DNA from: a virus
Taxonomy: Duplodnaviria; Heunggongvirae; Uroviricota; Caudoviricetes
Virus record (IMG/VR): IMGVR_UViG_2513237361_000005
DNA length: 29,840 nucleotides
Direction: 5' to 3' (one strand)
The notes under the pieces were generated by a model, which saw only the letters and a program-made list of their open reading frames with translations, did not search any database and was not told where the DNA came from. Positions 7,993 through 16,970 of the stretch are shown here, in pieces (within the stretch, counting starts at the first letter, position 1; each line of letters begins with the position of its first letter). The position numbers and the translations under genes are program-made.

Positions 7993-8416
7993 GTTTATTG
8001 ATATCTTCGATCTTTTTAATCTTGAAGATGAAGTCGGTGCAGATAACTTACAGATATTTCAAACTTTAGCTGATGAATACTCTCATCGGCTCTCTGAAGC
8101 CAAGAAAGAAGTTGAAGAAAGAGAGGCTGAAGCTTTTTATGGGGTTAGGCATAAATTTTATGAATTGGTCGATTGGAAAGTTTATGAATGTCCTGAGTGT
8201 TCTAACGACACAATGATTCCCTCTGATGAGTCTTCTACGGGTTACAAATGCACTTTTTGTCAGAATGAAGATAGTGATGATATTGATGTTGCTTGCGATT
8301 GTTGTGGTGCGCAGGCTCCCAGCAGCGAAATGAGCATTTGGCCAATGGATGATGGTGATGTTGAGTATCGTTGTTACTACTGTTCAGGGCAGTATCAGGC
8401 AGATAAAGACTTTTAA
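7910..8416 (+). CDS. Cys-rich zinc-ribbon segment; probable C-terminal part of the same frameshifted gene
   Basis: Overlaps the upstream ORF by 83 nt in another frame with no convincing Shine-Dalgarno before ATG 7910; contains CPEC-x17-CTFC and CDCC-x23-CYYC Cys pairs (two zinc-ribbon-like modules); AT-rich. Confidence 0.5.
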   Translation: MILSIINSDLLLKMRACVLDASSGGVAEFIDIFDLFNLEDEVGADNLQIFQTLADEYSHRLSEAKKEVEEREAEAFYGVRHKFYELVDWKVYECPECSNDTMIPSDESSTGYKCTFCQNEDSDDIDVACDCCGAQAPSSEMSIWPMDDGDVEYRCYYCSGQYQADKDF

Positions 8417-8498
8417 TTTGCTGTTAACTGCTAGGGATGAAGTTAAAAATCATAGGACTCATCGTTAATTTATACTCAAATTTGTTTGATTTCTGCAT

Positions 8499-8522
8499 TG
8501 CATACAAAAGATGCATTTTTTT
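8499..8522 (+). terminator. weak candidate terminator for the cargo genes (TGCAT/ATGCA stem followed by T7)
   Basis: 5-bp stem with 7-nt loop followed by a run of seven T; the short stem makes this tentative. Confidence 0.25.
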
Positions 8523-8542
8523 GCATGCGTCAGACGTGCCTG

Positions 8543-8564
8543 CTCTGACAGTATATTGTCAGAG
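8543..8564. repeat. perfect inverted repeat CTCTGACA-gtatat-TGTCAGAG near cos
   Basis: 22-bp palindrome read directly; possible protein-binding site in the packaging region or a hairpin. Confidence 0.4.
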
Positions 8565-8622
8565 CTGGCGCGAATCTGGATTGTTCGTGCAACTGCATTA
8601 AAACCGCCCTATGAAGCGGGCG

Positions 8623-8641
8623 GGCGAGGCGGGGAAAGCAC
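8623..8641. other. cos site: GGCGAGGCGGGGAAAGCAC (P2-type 19-nt cohesive end)
   Basis: Matches the P2-family cohesive-end sequence as I recall it from memory; located about 170 bp beyond the Q stop, the expected position relative to Q. Confidence 0.55.
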
Positions 8642-8782
8642 TGCGCGCTGGCGGTGGTGCTGATTTTATTTTTTCAGCGTCTGAGCGCGTCGTGATGGCG
8701 TTTAGATTGTGCGCCGGGGCGTTGGTGTGTCTGTGGGGTGTTTTGTGCGGTGGTGAGCGTGTGAGGGCGTGATGACGGGGTG

Positions 8783-8806
8783 TAAAAAAGCCGCCCGCAG
8801 GCGGCG
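8783..8806 (-). terminator. rho-independent terminator of the P-Q operon
   Basis: On the minus strand: GCCGCC-ugcg-GGCGGC hairpin followed by UUUUUU, starting a few nt after the Q stop codon. Confidence 0.55.
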
Positions 8807-8810
8807 ATGT

Positions 8811-9845
8811 TCAGCCGTTGTCAGTGTCCAGTGAGTAGTTTTTAAAGCGGATGACCTCCTGACCGAGCCAGCCGTTTATCTCGCGGATCCTGTCCTGTAA
8901 CGGGATAAGCTCATTGCGGACAAAGACCTTTGCCACTTTCTCAATATCACCCAGCGACCCGACGTTCTCCGGCTTGCCCCCCATCAACTGAAAGGGGATG
9001 CGGTGCGCGTCCAGCAGGTCAGCGGCGCTGGCTTTTTTGATATTAAAAAAATCGTCCTTTGTTGCCACTTCACTGAGGGGGATAATTTTAATGCCGTCGG
9101 CTTTCCCCTGTGGGGCATAGAGAAACAGATTTTTAAAGTTGTTGCGGCCTTTTGACTTAACCATGTTTTCGCGAAGCATTTCGATATCGTTGCGATCCTG
9201 CACGGCATCAGTGACGTACATGATATATCCGGCATGAGCACCGTTTTCGTAATACTTGCGGCGAAACAGCGTGGCCGACTCATTCAGCCAGGCAGAGTTA
9301 AGGGCGCTGAGATATTCCGGCAGGCCGTACAGCTCCTGATTAATATCCGGCTCCAGCAGGTGAAACACGGAGCCGGGCGCGAAGGCTGTCGGCTCGTTGA
9401 AGGACGGCACCCACCAGTAAACATCCTCTTCCACACCACGGCGGGTATATTTTGCCGGTGAGGTTTCCAGTCTGATGACCTTGCCGGTGGTGCTGTAACG
9501 CTTTTCCAGAAACGCATTACCGAACACCAGAAAATCCAGCACAAAGCGGCTGAAATCCTGCTGGGAAAGCCACGGATGCGGGATAAATGTCGAGGCCAGA
9601 ATATTACGTTTGACGTAAATCGGGGAGCTGTGATGCACGGCAGCACGCAGGCTTTTTGCCAGACCGGTAAAGCTGACCGGTGGCTCATACCATCTGCCGT
9701 TACTGATGCACTCGACGTAATCCAGAATGTCACGGCGATCGAGTACCGGCACCGGCTCACCAAAGGTGAATGCCTCCATTTTCGGGGCGCTGGCGGTCAT
9801 TGTTTTTGCCGCTGGTCGCGGTGTTTTCCCTTTTTTCTTGCTCAT
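8811..9845 (-). CDS. Q: portal protein gpQ
   Basis: 344 aa, the P2 Q length; adjacent to and co-oriented with the terminase ATPase gene; cos nearby. Confidence 0.9.
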   Translation of the reverse strand: MSKKKGKTPRPAAKTMTASAPKMEAFTFGEPVPVLDRRDILDYVECISNGRWYEPPVSFTGLAKSLRAAVHHSSPIYVKRNILASTFIPHPWLSQQDFSRFVLDFLVFGNAFLEKRYSTTGKVIRLETSPAKYTRRGVEEDVYWWVPSFNEPTAFAPGSVFHLLEPDINQELYGLPEYLSALNSAWLNESATLFRRKYYENGAHAGYIMYVTDAVQDRNDIEMLRENMVKSKGRNNFKNLFLYAPQGKADGIKIIPLSEVATKDDFFNIKKASAADLLDAHRIPFQLMGGKPENVGSLGDIEKVAKVFVRNELIPLQDRIREINGWLGQEVIRFKNYSLDTDNG

Positions 9846-11616
9846 CAGTAAAACTCCAGAATGGTGGATGTCAGCGGAGTGCTGATACCGGCGGTGAGTG
9901 GCTCATTTAACAGGGCGTGCATGGTCGCCCAGGCGAGGTCGGCGTGGCTGGCTTCCTCGCTGCGGCTGGCCTCATAGGTGGCGCTGCGTCCGCTGCTGGT
10001 CATGGTCTTGCGGATAGCCATAAACGAGCTGGTGATGTCGGTGGCGCTGACGTCATATTCCAGACAGCCACGGCGGATGACGTCTTTTGCCTTGAGCACC
10101 ATTGCGGTTTTCATTTCCGGCGTGTAGCGGATGTCGCGCGCGGCGGGATAGAACGAGCGCACGAGCTGGAACACGCCGACACCGAGGCCGGTGGCATCAA
10201 TACCGATGTATTCGACGTTGTATTTTTCGGTGAGTTTGCGGATGGATTCAGCCTGAGTGGCAAAGTCCATGCCTTTCCACTGGTGACGCTCAAGTATTCT
10301 GAATTTGCCACCGGCCACCACCGGCGGTGCCAGCACCACGCATCCGGCGCTGTCGCCACGGTGTGACGGGTCGTAACCAATCCATACCGGGCGGGAGCCG
10401 AACGGATTCGCGGCAAACGGCGCATAGTCTTCCCATTCTTCCAGCGTGTCGACCATGCAGCGTTGCAGCTCCTCGAACGGGAACACCGATGCCTTGTCGT
10501 CAACAAATTCACACATGAACAGGTTTTTAAAATCGTCGGCGCTGTTTTCGCGTTTGAGCTGCTCAATGTCGAACAACGTGCAGCCACCTTTCAGGGCGTC
10601 CTCAATGGTGACAATCTGCCGCCACTGGCCGTCCGCACAGAGAAGACCACCGGCAAGGGCGTTATGACTGACGTCGATTTCCACGCGTTCGGCGGCGCTG
10701 GCGCGTCCCCGGTTAAACAGTTCACCCGACCAGAACGAGTAGGCGTCGTGCGCCAGCGTGGACGGGGTGGAGAAATAGGTCGAGCGCAGGTGACTCTGTG
10801 AGGCCATACCTGATGCCACCTTACGCAGTACCTGAAAATTCGGGATCCAGAAAATCTCGTCGACGTACAGGTCGCCGTTATGGCTCTGCGCGGTGTTGGA
10901 GTTGGTGCCGAGAAAAATCAGTTTTGCGCCGTTATTGCCCAGGACAATCGGGTCACCGGTCAGGTCAACGTCAACCAGACGGGCAAAGGCGATGATGTAT
11001 TCACGGAACACATACGCCTGCGTTTTACTGGCCGACAGAAAAATCTGGTTATGACCGGTTTTCAGGGCACGCAGCAGCGCCTCGCGGGAAAAATAAAACG
11101 TTGCGCCAATCTGGCGGGATTTCAGGATATCGCGGATGCGGTGCTCAAGCCCGGCGCGATACCAGTGCAACTGATATTCGAAAGACTGCTCAAAGAAAAT
11201 CTGCTCCAGCTTTTCGATGGCCTCGTCACTGAAAAATTCTTTTTCGGTTTGCGCCGCCCGCCTTTGTTGCGGTTAGCGACGTTCGGATTAAGGTCTGCCT
11301 CGTTGCCGGTCTGGCTGTAGCGATTTACCCGTGCCAGTCGTTCAATCTGGCGTCCCAGCAGGTCAATTTCCTTGAAGTCACCGCCGGTTTTCTGCGGTTT
11401 GATGATGAGCTGGGTCAGCCGCGCTTCCAGGCTCATTTCGACACGGCTGATGGGGGCAACGCTGTCCCAGCCGTCGCGCTGTTTCCAGCTCTGCACCGTC
11501 GGGCGTTTCATCTGCAACATGGCGGCAATCTGCGGCACGGAAAATCCCTGCCAGTACAGCAGCGCCGCCTGACGACGCGGGTCGTGTAAAAGAGTGGTGT
11601 CTGTGGTGATGGTCAT
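9845..11616 (-). pseudogene. P: terminase ATPase (large) subunit gpP, interrupted by a 1-nt frameshift
   Basis: N-terminal 5' part (ATG 11616, GAGG Shine-Dalgarno) is in one frame, open to 11122; the remainder is in another frame, open from 11272 to 9845. Total span is 1772 nt (not divisible by 3); one extra nucleotide would give 590 aa, the P2 gpP length as I recall it. Confidence 0.8.
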
Positions 11617-11786
11617 GAATACCTCGCCGTGATGAATACACGGCAAGGCTACTGAGTCGCGCCCCGCGATTCGCTAAGGTGCTGTTGTGTCAGTGATAAG
11701 CCATCCGGGACTGATGGCGGAGGATGCGCATCGTCGGGAAACTGATGCCGACATGTGACTCCTCTAATCACTATTCAGGACTCCTG

Positions 11787-12644
11787 ACAATGGCAAAAAA
11801 AGTCTCAAAATTCTTTCGTATCGGCGTTGAGGGTGACACCTGTGACGGGCGTGTCATCAGTGCGCAGGATATTCAGGAAATGGCCGAAACCTTTGACCCG
11901 CGTGTCTATGGTTGCCGCATTAACCTGGAACATCTGCGCGGCATCCTGCCTGACGGTATTTTTAAACGTTATGGCGATGTGGCCGAACTGAAGGCCGAAA
12001 AGATTGACGATGATTCGGCGCTGAAAGGCAAATGGGCGCTGTTTGCGAAAATCACCCCGACCGATGACCTTATCGCGATGAACAAGGCCGCGCAGAAGGT
12101 CTATACCTCAATGGAAATTCAGCCGAACTTTGCCAATACAGGCAAATGTTATCTGGTGGGTCTGGCCGTCACCGATGACCCGGCAAGCCTCGGCACGGAA
12201 TACCTGGAATTCTGCCGCACGGCAAAACACAACCCTCTGAACCGCTTCAAATTAAGCCCTGAAAACCTGATTTCAGTGGCAACGCCTGTTGAGCTGGAAT
12301 TTGAAGACCTGCCTGAAACCGTGTTCACCGCCCTGACCGAAAAGGTGAAATCCATTTTTGGCCGCAAACAGGCCAGCGATGACGCCCGTCTGAATGACGT
12401 GCATGAAGCGGTGACCGCTGTCGCTGAGCATGTGCAGGAAAAACTGAGCGCCACTGAGCAGCGCCTTGCTGAGATGGAAACCGCCTTTTCCGCACTTAAG
12501 CAGGATGTGACTGACAGGGCGGATGAAACCAGTCAGGCATTCACCCGCCTGAAAAACAGTCTCGACCACACCGAAAGTCTGACCCAGCAGCGCCGCAGCA
12601 AAGCCACCGGCGGTGGCGGTGACGCTCTGATGACGAACTGCTGA
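11787..12644 (+). CDS. O: capsid scaffolding protein gpO
   Basis: Start at MAKKVSKFF gives 284 aa (P2 gpO length); first gene of the rightward late operon, divergent from P. Confidence 0.85.
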   Translation, partial: TMAKKVSKFFRIGVEGDTCDGRVISAQDIQEMAETFDPRVYGCRINLEHLRGILPDGIFKRYGDVAELKAEKIDDDSALKGKWALFAKITPTDDLIAMNKAAQKVYTSMEIQPNFANTGKCYLVGLAVTDDPASLGTEYLEFCRTAKHNPLNRFKLSPENLISVATPVELEFEDLPETVFTALTEKVKSIFGRKQASDDARLNDVHEAVTAVAEHVQEKLSATEQRLAEMETAFSALKQDVTDRADETSQAFTRLKNSLDHTESLTQQRRSKATGGGGDALMTNC

Positions 12645-12702
12645 CCGGCGTCAGTCAGTCCGGGAAAACCTTCACGATTAACCCTTAATTTCAGGAAAAA
12701 CT

Positions 12703-13776
12703 ATGCGCCAGGAAACCCGCTTTAAATTTAATGCCTACCTGTCCCGTGTTGCCGAACTGAACGGCATCGACGCCGGTGATGTGTCGAAAAAATTCACCGT
12801 TGAACCGTCGGTCACCCAGACCCTGATGAACACCATGCAGGAGTCCTCTGATTTTCTGACCCGCATCAACATTGTGCCGGTCAGCGAAATGAAAGGGGAA
12901 AAAATTGGTATTGGTGTCACCGGCTCCATCGCCAGCACCACCGACACCGCCGGTGGCACCGAGCGTCAGCCGAAGGACTTCTCGAAGCTGGCGTCAAACA
13001 AGTACGAATGCGACCAGATTAACTTCGATTTTTATATTCGCTACAAAACGCTGGATCTGTGGGCGCGTTATCAGGATTTCCAGCTCCGTATCCGTAACGC
13101 CATTATCAAACGCCAGTCCCTTGATTTCATCATGGCCGGTTTTAACGGCGTGAAGCGTGCCGAAACCTCTGACCGCAGCAGTAATCCGATGCTGCAGGAT
13201 GTGGCGGTCGGCTGGCTGCAGAAATACCGCAATGAAGCACCGGCGCGCGTGATGAGCAAGGTCACTGACGAGGAAGGGCACACCACCTCTGAGGTTATCC
13301 GCGTGGGTAAGGGCGGTGATTATGCCAGCCTTGACGCACTGGTGATGGATGCGACCAACAACCTGATTGAACCGTGGTATCAGGAAGACCCTGACCTTGT
13401 GGTGATTGTGGGGCGTCAGCTACTGGCGGACAAATATTTCCCCATCGTCAACAAGGAGCAGGACAACAGCGAAATGCTGGCCGCTGACGTCATCATCAGC
13501 CAGAAACGCATCGGTAATCTGCCCGCGGTACGTGTTCCGTACTTCCCGGCGGATGCGATGCTCATCACGAAGCTGGAAAACCTGTCCATCTACTACATGG
13601 ATGACAGCCATCGCCGCGTGATTGAGGAAAACCCGAAACTCGACCGCGTGGAGAACTACGAGTCAATGAACATTGATTACGTGGTGGAAGACTACGCCGC
13701 CGGTTGTCTGGTGGAAAAAATTAAGGTCGGTGATTTCTCCACACCGGCTAAGGCGACCGCAGAGCCGGGAGCGTAA
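12703..13776 (+). CDS. N: major capsid protein gpN
   Basis: 357 aa, the P2 gpN length; follows the scaffold gene. Confidence 0.9.
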   Translation: MRQETRFKFNAYLSRVAELNGIDAGDVSKKFTVEPSVTQTLMNTMQESSDFLTRINIVPVSEMKGEKIGIGVTGSIASTTDTAGGTERQPKDFSKLASNKYECDQINFDFYIRYKTLDLWARYQDFQLRIRNAIIKRQSLDFIMAGFNGVKRAETSDRSSNPMLQDVAVGWLQKYRNEAPARVMSKVTDEEGHTTSEVIRVGKGGDYASLDALVMDATNNLIEPWYQEDPDLVVIVGRQLLADKYFPIVNKEQDNSEMLAADVIISQKRIGNLPAVRVPYFPADAMLITKLENLSIYYMDDSHRRVIEENPKLDRVENYESMNIDYVVEDYAAGCLVEKIKVGDFSTPAKATAEPGA

Positions 13777-13779
13777 CCG

Positions 13780-14523
13780 ATGACGAGTCCCGCACAGCGC
13801 CACATGATGCGGGTCTCGGCAGCGATGACCGCGCAGCGGGAAGCCGCCCCGCTGCGACATGCAACTGTCTATGAGCAGATGCTGGTTAAGCTCGCCGCAG
13901 ACCAGCGCACACTGAAAGCGATTTATTCAAAAGAGCTGAAGGCCGCGAAAAAACGCGAATTGCTGCCGTTCTGGTTGCCGTGGGTGAACGGCGTTCTGGA
14001 GCAGGGTAAAGGTGCACAGGATGACATTCTGATGACTGTCATGCTGTGGCGTCTGGATACCGGCGATATTGCCGGTGCGCTGGAGATTGCCCGTTATGCC
14101 CTGAAGTACGGTCTGACCATGCCGGGTAAACACCGCCGCACCCCGCCGTACATGTTCACCGAGGAAGTGGCACTCGCGGCCATGCGCGCTCACGCTGCCG
14201 GTGAGTCTGTGGATACCCGCCTGCTGACGGAGACCCTTGCACTGACCGCCACGGCTGACATGCCTGATGAAGTGCGCGCAAAGCTGCACAAAATCACCGG
14301 TCTGTTTCTGCGTGACGGTGGTGATGCCGCAGGGGCGCTGGCGCATCTGCAACGTGCGACACAGCTCGACTGTCAGGCAGGCGTCAAAAAAGAGATTGAA
14401 CGACTGGAGCGGGAGCTGAAACCGAAGCCGGAGCCGCAGCCAAAAGCGGCCACCCGTACCCCGCGTAAGACCCGGAGCGTGACACCGGCAAAACGTGGAC
14501 GCCCGAAAAAGAAAGCCAGTTAA
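13780..14523 (+). CDS. M: terminase endonuclease (small) subunit gpM
   Basis: 247 aa; basic Lys/Arg-rich C-terminus (TPRKTRSVTPAKRGRPKKKAS); position after N. Confidence 0.85.
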   Translation: MTSPAQRHMMRVSAAMTAQREAAPLRHATVYEQMLVKLAADQRTLKAIYSKELKAAKKRELLPFWLPWVNGVLEQGKGAQDDILMTVMLWRLDTGDIAGALEIARYALKYGLTMPGKHRRTPPYMFTEEVALAAMRAHAAGESVDTRLLTETLALTATADMPDEVRAKLHKITGLFLRDGGDAAGALAHLQRATQLDCQAGVKKEIERLERELKPKPEPQPKAATRTPRKTRSVTPAKRGRPKKKAS

Positions 14524-14622
14524 CAACCGAATGCGCCCCGCGCCAGGGCGGCACGCCGGTCAGTGACGGTGAATCACCTGACACTGCACCGGCGTCCACC
14601 GCCCGACTTTTCAGAGGTAGTC

Positions 14623-15132
14623 ATGATGACGCTGATTATTCCGCGAAAGGAGGCTCCCGTGTCCGGTGAGGGTACGGTGGTCATCCCGCAACCGGCAGGC
14701 GACGAGCCGGTGATTAAAAACACGTTCTTTTTCCCCGATATCGACCCGAAGCGCGTCCGGGAACGTATGCGCCTTGAGCAGACCGTCGCCCCCGCTCGTC
14801 TGCGTGAGGCCATCAAGTCAGGAATGGCTGAAACGAATGCGGAGCTGTACGAGTACCGCGAACAGAAAATTGCCGCCGGTTTTACGCGTCTGGCGGACGT
14901 CCCGGCGGACGATATCGACGGTGAAAGCATCAAAGTTTTTTACTACGAGCGCGCCGTGTGTGCGATGGCGACCGCGTCGCTTTATGAGCGTTATCGCGGC
15001 GTGGATGCCAGTGCGAAAGGCGACAAGAAGGCTGACAGCATTGACAGCACCATTGATGAGCTGTGGCGGGATATGCGCTGGGCGGTGGCGCGTATCCAGG
15101 ACAAGCCGCGCTGCATCGTGAGTCAAATCTGA
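14623..15132 (+). CDS. L: head completion/stabilisation protein gpL
   Basis: ATG 14623 with GAGG upstream gives 169 aa (P2 gpL length). Confidence 0.8.
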   Translation: MMTLIIPRKEAPVSGEGTVVIPQPAGDEPVIKNTFFFPDIDPKRVRERMRLEQTVAPARLREAIKSGMAETNAELYEYREQKIAAGFTRLADVPADDIDGESIKVFYYERAVCAMATASLYERYRGVDASAKGDKKADSIDSTIDELWRDMRWAVARIQDKPRCIVSQI

Positions 15133-15335
15133 TGAAGACCTTTGCGCTACAGGGCGACACGCTCGACGCCATTTGTGTCCGGTATTACGGGCGCACTGAG
15201 GGCGTGGTCGAAGCCGTGCTCGCCGCAAATCCGGGACTGGCTGAACTGGGTGCGGTGCTGCCACACGGCACCGCCGTCGAACTGCCCGACGTTCAGACCG
15301 CGCCCGTGGCTGAAACTGTCAATCTGTGGGAGTAA
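15132..15335 (+). CDS. X: tail protein gpX
   Basis: 67 aa starting MKTFALQGDTLDAICVRYYG; start overlaps the L stop. Confidence 0.8.
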   Translation: MKTFALQGDTLDAICVRYYGRTEGVVEAVLAANPGLAELGAVLPHGTAVELPDVQTAPVAETVNLWE

Positions 15336-15338
15336 CGC

Positions 15339-15620
15339 ATGACAGCAGAAGAAAAAAGCGTCCTGTCGCTTTTCATGATTGGGGTGCTGATTGTTGTCGG
15401 CAAGGTGCTTGCCGGTGGTGAACCCATCACCCCGCGTCTGTTTATCGGACGCATGTTGCTCGGTGGTTTTGTCTCGATGGTTGCCGGTGTTGTTCTGGTG
15501 CAGTTTCCTGACCTGTCACTGCCTGCGGTGTGCGGCATCGGCTCCATGCTGGGTATCGCCGGTTATCAGGTGATTGAGATTGCCATTCAGCGTCGTTTTA
15601 AGGGCAGGGGGAAACCGTAA
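15339..15620 (+). CDS. Y: holin gpY
   Basis: 93 aa with hydrophobic helices (LFMIGVLIVVGKVLAGG; LLGGFVSMVAGVVLVQF; VCGIGSMLGIAGY) and a charged C-terminus; directly precedes the endolysin. Confidence 0.8.
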   Translation: MTAEEKSVLSLFMIGVLIVVGKVLAGGEPITPRLFIGRMLLGGFVSMVAGVVLVQFPDLSLPAVCGIGSMLGIAGYQVIEIAIQRRFKGRGKP

Positions 15621-16117
15621 TGCCGGTAATTAACACGCACCAGAATATCGCTGCCTTTCTCGACATGCTGGCGGTGTCCGAAGGGACGGCGAATCATCCG
15701 CTGACGAAAAACCGTGGCTATGACGTGATAGTCACCGGACTGGACGGGACGCCGGAAATCTTCACCGACTACAGTGACCACCCGTTCGCACATGGCCGAC
15801 CGGCGAAGGTGTTTAACCGTCGCGGTGAAAAATCCACGGCCTCCGGGCGCTATCAGCAGCTTTACCTGTTCTGGCCGCATTACCGCAAACAGCTTGCCCT
15901 GCCGGATTTCAGTCCGTTGTCACAGGACAGACTCGCCATTCAGTTGATCCGCGAACGCGGTGCACTGGATGACATCCGGGCGGGACGCATTGAGCGCGCC
16001 ATTTCACGCTGTCGCAATATCTGGGCGTCCCTGCCGGGTGCCGGTTACGGTCAGCGTGAGCATTCACTGGAAAAACTGGTCACCGTCTGGCGTACCGCTG
16101 GCGGCGTACCGGCTTAA
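15620..16117 (+). CDS. K: endolysin gpK
   Basis: 165 aa, the P2 gpK length; sits between holin and LysA/LysB. Confidence 0.85.
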   Translation: MPVINTHQNIAAFLDMLAVSEGTANHPLTKNRGYDVIVTGLDGTPEIFTDYSDHPFAHGRPAKVFNRRGEKSTASGRYQQLYLFWPHYRKQLALPDFSPLSQDRLAIQLIRERGALDDIRAGRIERAISRCRNIWASLPGAGYGQREHSLEKLVTVWRTAGGVPA

Positions 16118-16131
16118 ACGGAGTAAACACC

Positions 16132-16557
16132 ATGAAGAAATTATCCCTTTCACTGATGCTGAACGTGTCGCTGGCGCTGATGCTGGCACTGTCCCTGATT
16201 TACCCGCAGAGCGTGGCCGTCAATTTTGTCGCCACCTGGGCGATTCTGGCGACGGTTATCTGTGTGGTTGCCGGTGGTGTCGGCGTGTATGCCACTGAGT
16301 ATGTGCTGGAACGCTACGGGCGGGAGCTGCCGCCGGAATCGCTGGCCGTGAAGATTGTCACGTCGCTGTTTTTGCAGCCGGTGCCGTGGCGCAGGCGGGC
16401 AGCGGCTCTGGTGGTGATGGTGGCGACGTTTATCTTGCTGGTCGCTGCCGGGTGGATTTTTACCGCGCTGATTTATCTTGTGGCGTCGCTGTTTTTCCGG
16501 CTGATACGTAAAGCCTGTCGTCAGCGTCTTGAGGGACGGGAACCATGTCAAAGCTGA
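16132..16557 (+). CDS. lysA: LysA (membrane lysis accessory protein)
   Basis: 141 aa, mostly hydrophobic with multiple predicted TM helices; position after K. Confidence 0.75.
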   Translation: MKKLSLSLMLNVSLALMLALSLIYPQSVAVNFVATWAILATVICVVAGGVGVYATEYVLERYGRELPPESLAVKIVTSLFLQPVPWRRRAAALVVMVATFILLVAAGWIFTALIYLVASLFFRLIRKACRQRLEGREPCQS

Positions 16558-16970
16558 TGATTGTGCTGGTCGTGTTGTTATCGCTGGCGGTGGCCGGTCT
16601 GTTTCTGGTGAAACACAAAAATGCCAGCCTGCGCGCCTCGCTGGACAGGGCGAACAACGTCGCCAGTGGGCAGCAGACGACCATCACCATGCTGAAAAAT
16701 CAGCTTCATGTTGCGCTCACCAGGGCAGAAAAAAACGAGCTGGCGCAGGTGGCACTGCGTCAGGAACTGGAGAACGCCGCGAAGCGTGAAGCACAGCGCG
16801 AGAAAACCATCACGAGGTTACTTAATGAAAACGAGGATTTTCGCCGCTGGTATGGCGCTGACCTGCCTGATGCTGTGCGCCGGTTGCACCAGCGTCCGGC
16901 CTGCACCGACGCCAGTGATTGTCGCCAACGCCTGCCCGAAAGTGAGTCTTTGCCCGATGCCGGGCAGTGA
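16545..16970 (+). CDS. lysB: LysB (Rz-like inner-membrane spanin component)
   Basis: 141 aa with an N-terminal TM helix (LMIVLVVLLSLAVAGLFLV) and a coiled-coil-like periplasmic domain. Confidence 0.75.
   Translation: MSKLMIVLVVLLSLAVAGLFLVKHKNASLRASLDRANNVASGQQTTITMLKNQLHVALTRAEKNELAQVALRQELENAAKREAQREKTITRLLNENEDFRRWYGADLPDAVRRLHQRPACTDASDCRQRLPESESLPDAGQ

Noticed and set aside
9284-9763. 159-aa ORF antisense to portal gene Q, plus similar long antisense or alternate-frame ORFs inside P (9917-10366, 10111-10587, 10463-10801, 10880-11320)
   Set aside because: Fully embedded in well-supported structural genes on the opposite strand or another frame; Arg/Ser/Cys-rich low-complexity translations typical of spurious ORFs in GC-rich coding DNA.
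11617-11786. Search for Ogr-type late-promoter dyads (TGT-N12-ACA) in the P-O divergent intergenic region, and likewise upstream of V and FI
   Set aside because: No exact TGT-N12-ACA dyad found by eye; a CCGTG-N7-CACGG palindrome at 11631-11647 lies in the P ribosome-binding region. Late promoters are presumably present but I cannot place them without a position-weight search.
13927-14526. 199-aa ORF antisense to terminase small subunit gene M
   Set aside because: Embedded in M; no ribosome-binding site; composition typical of a shadow ORF.
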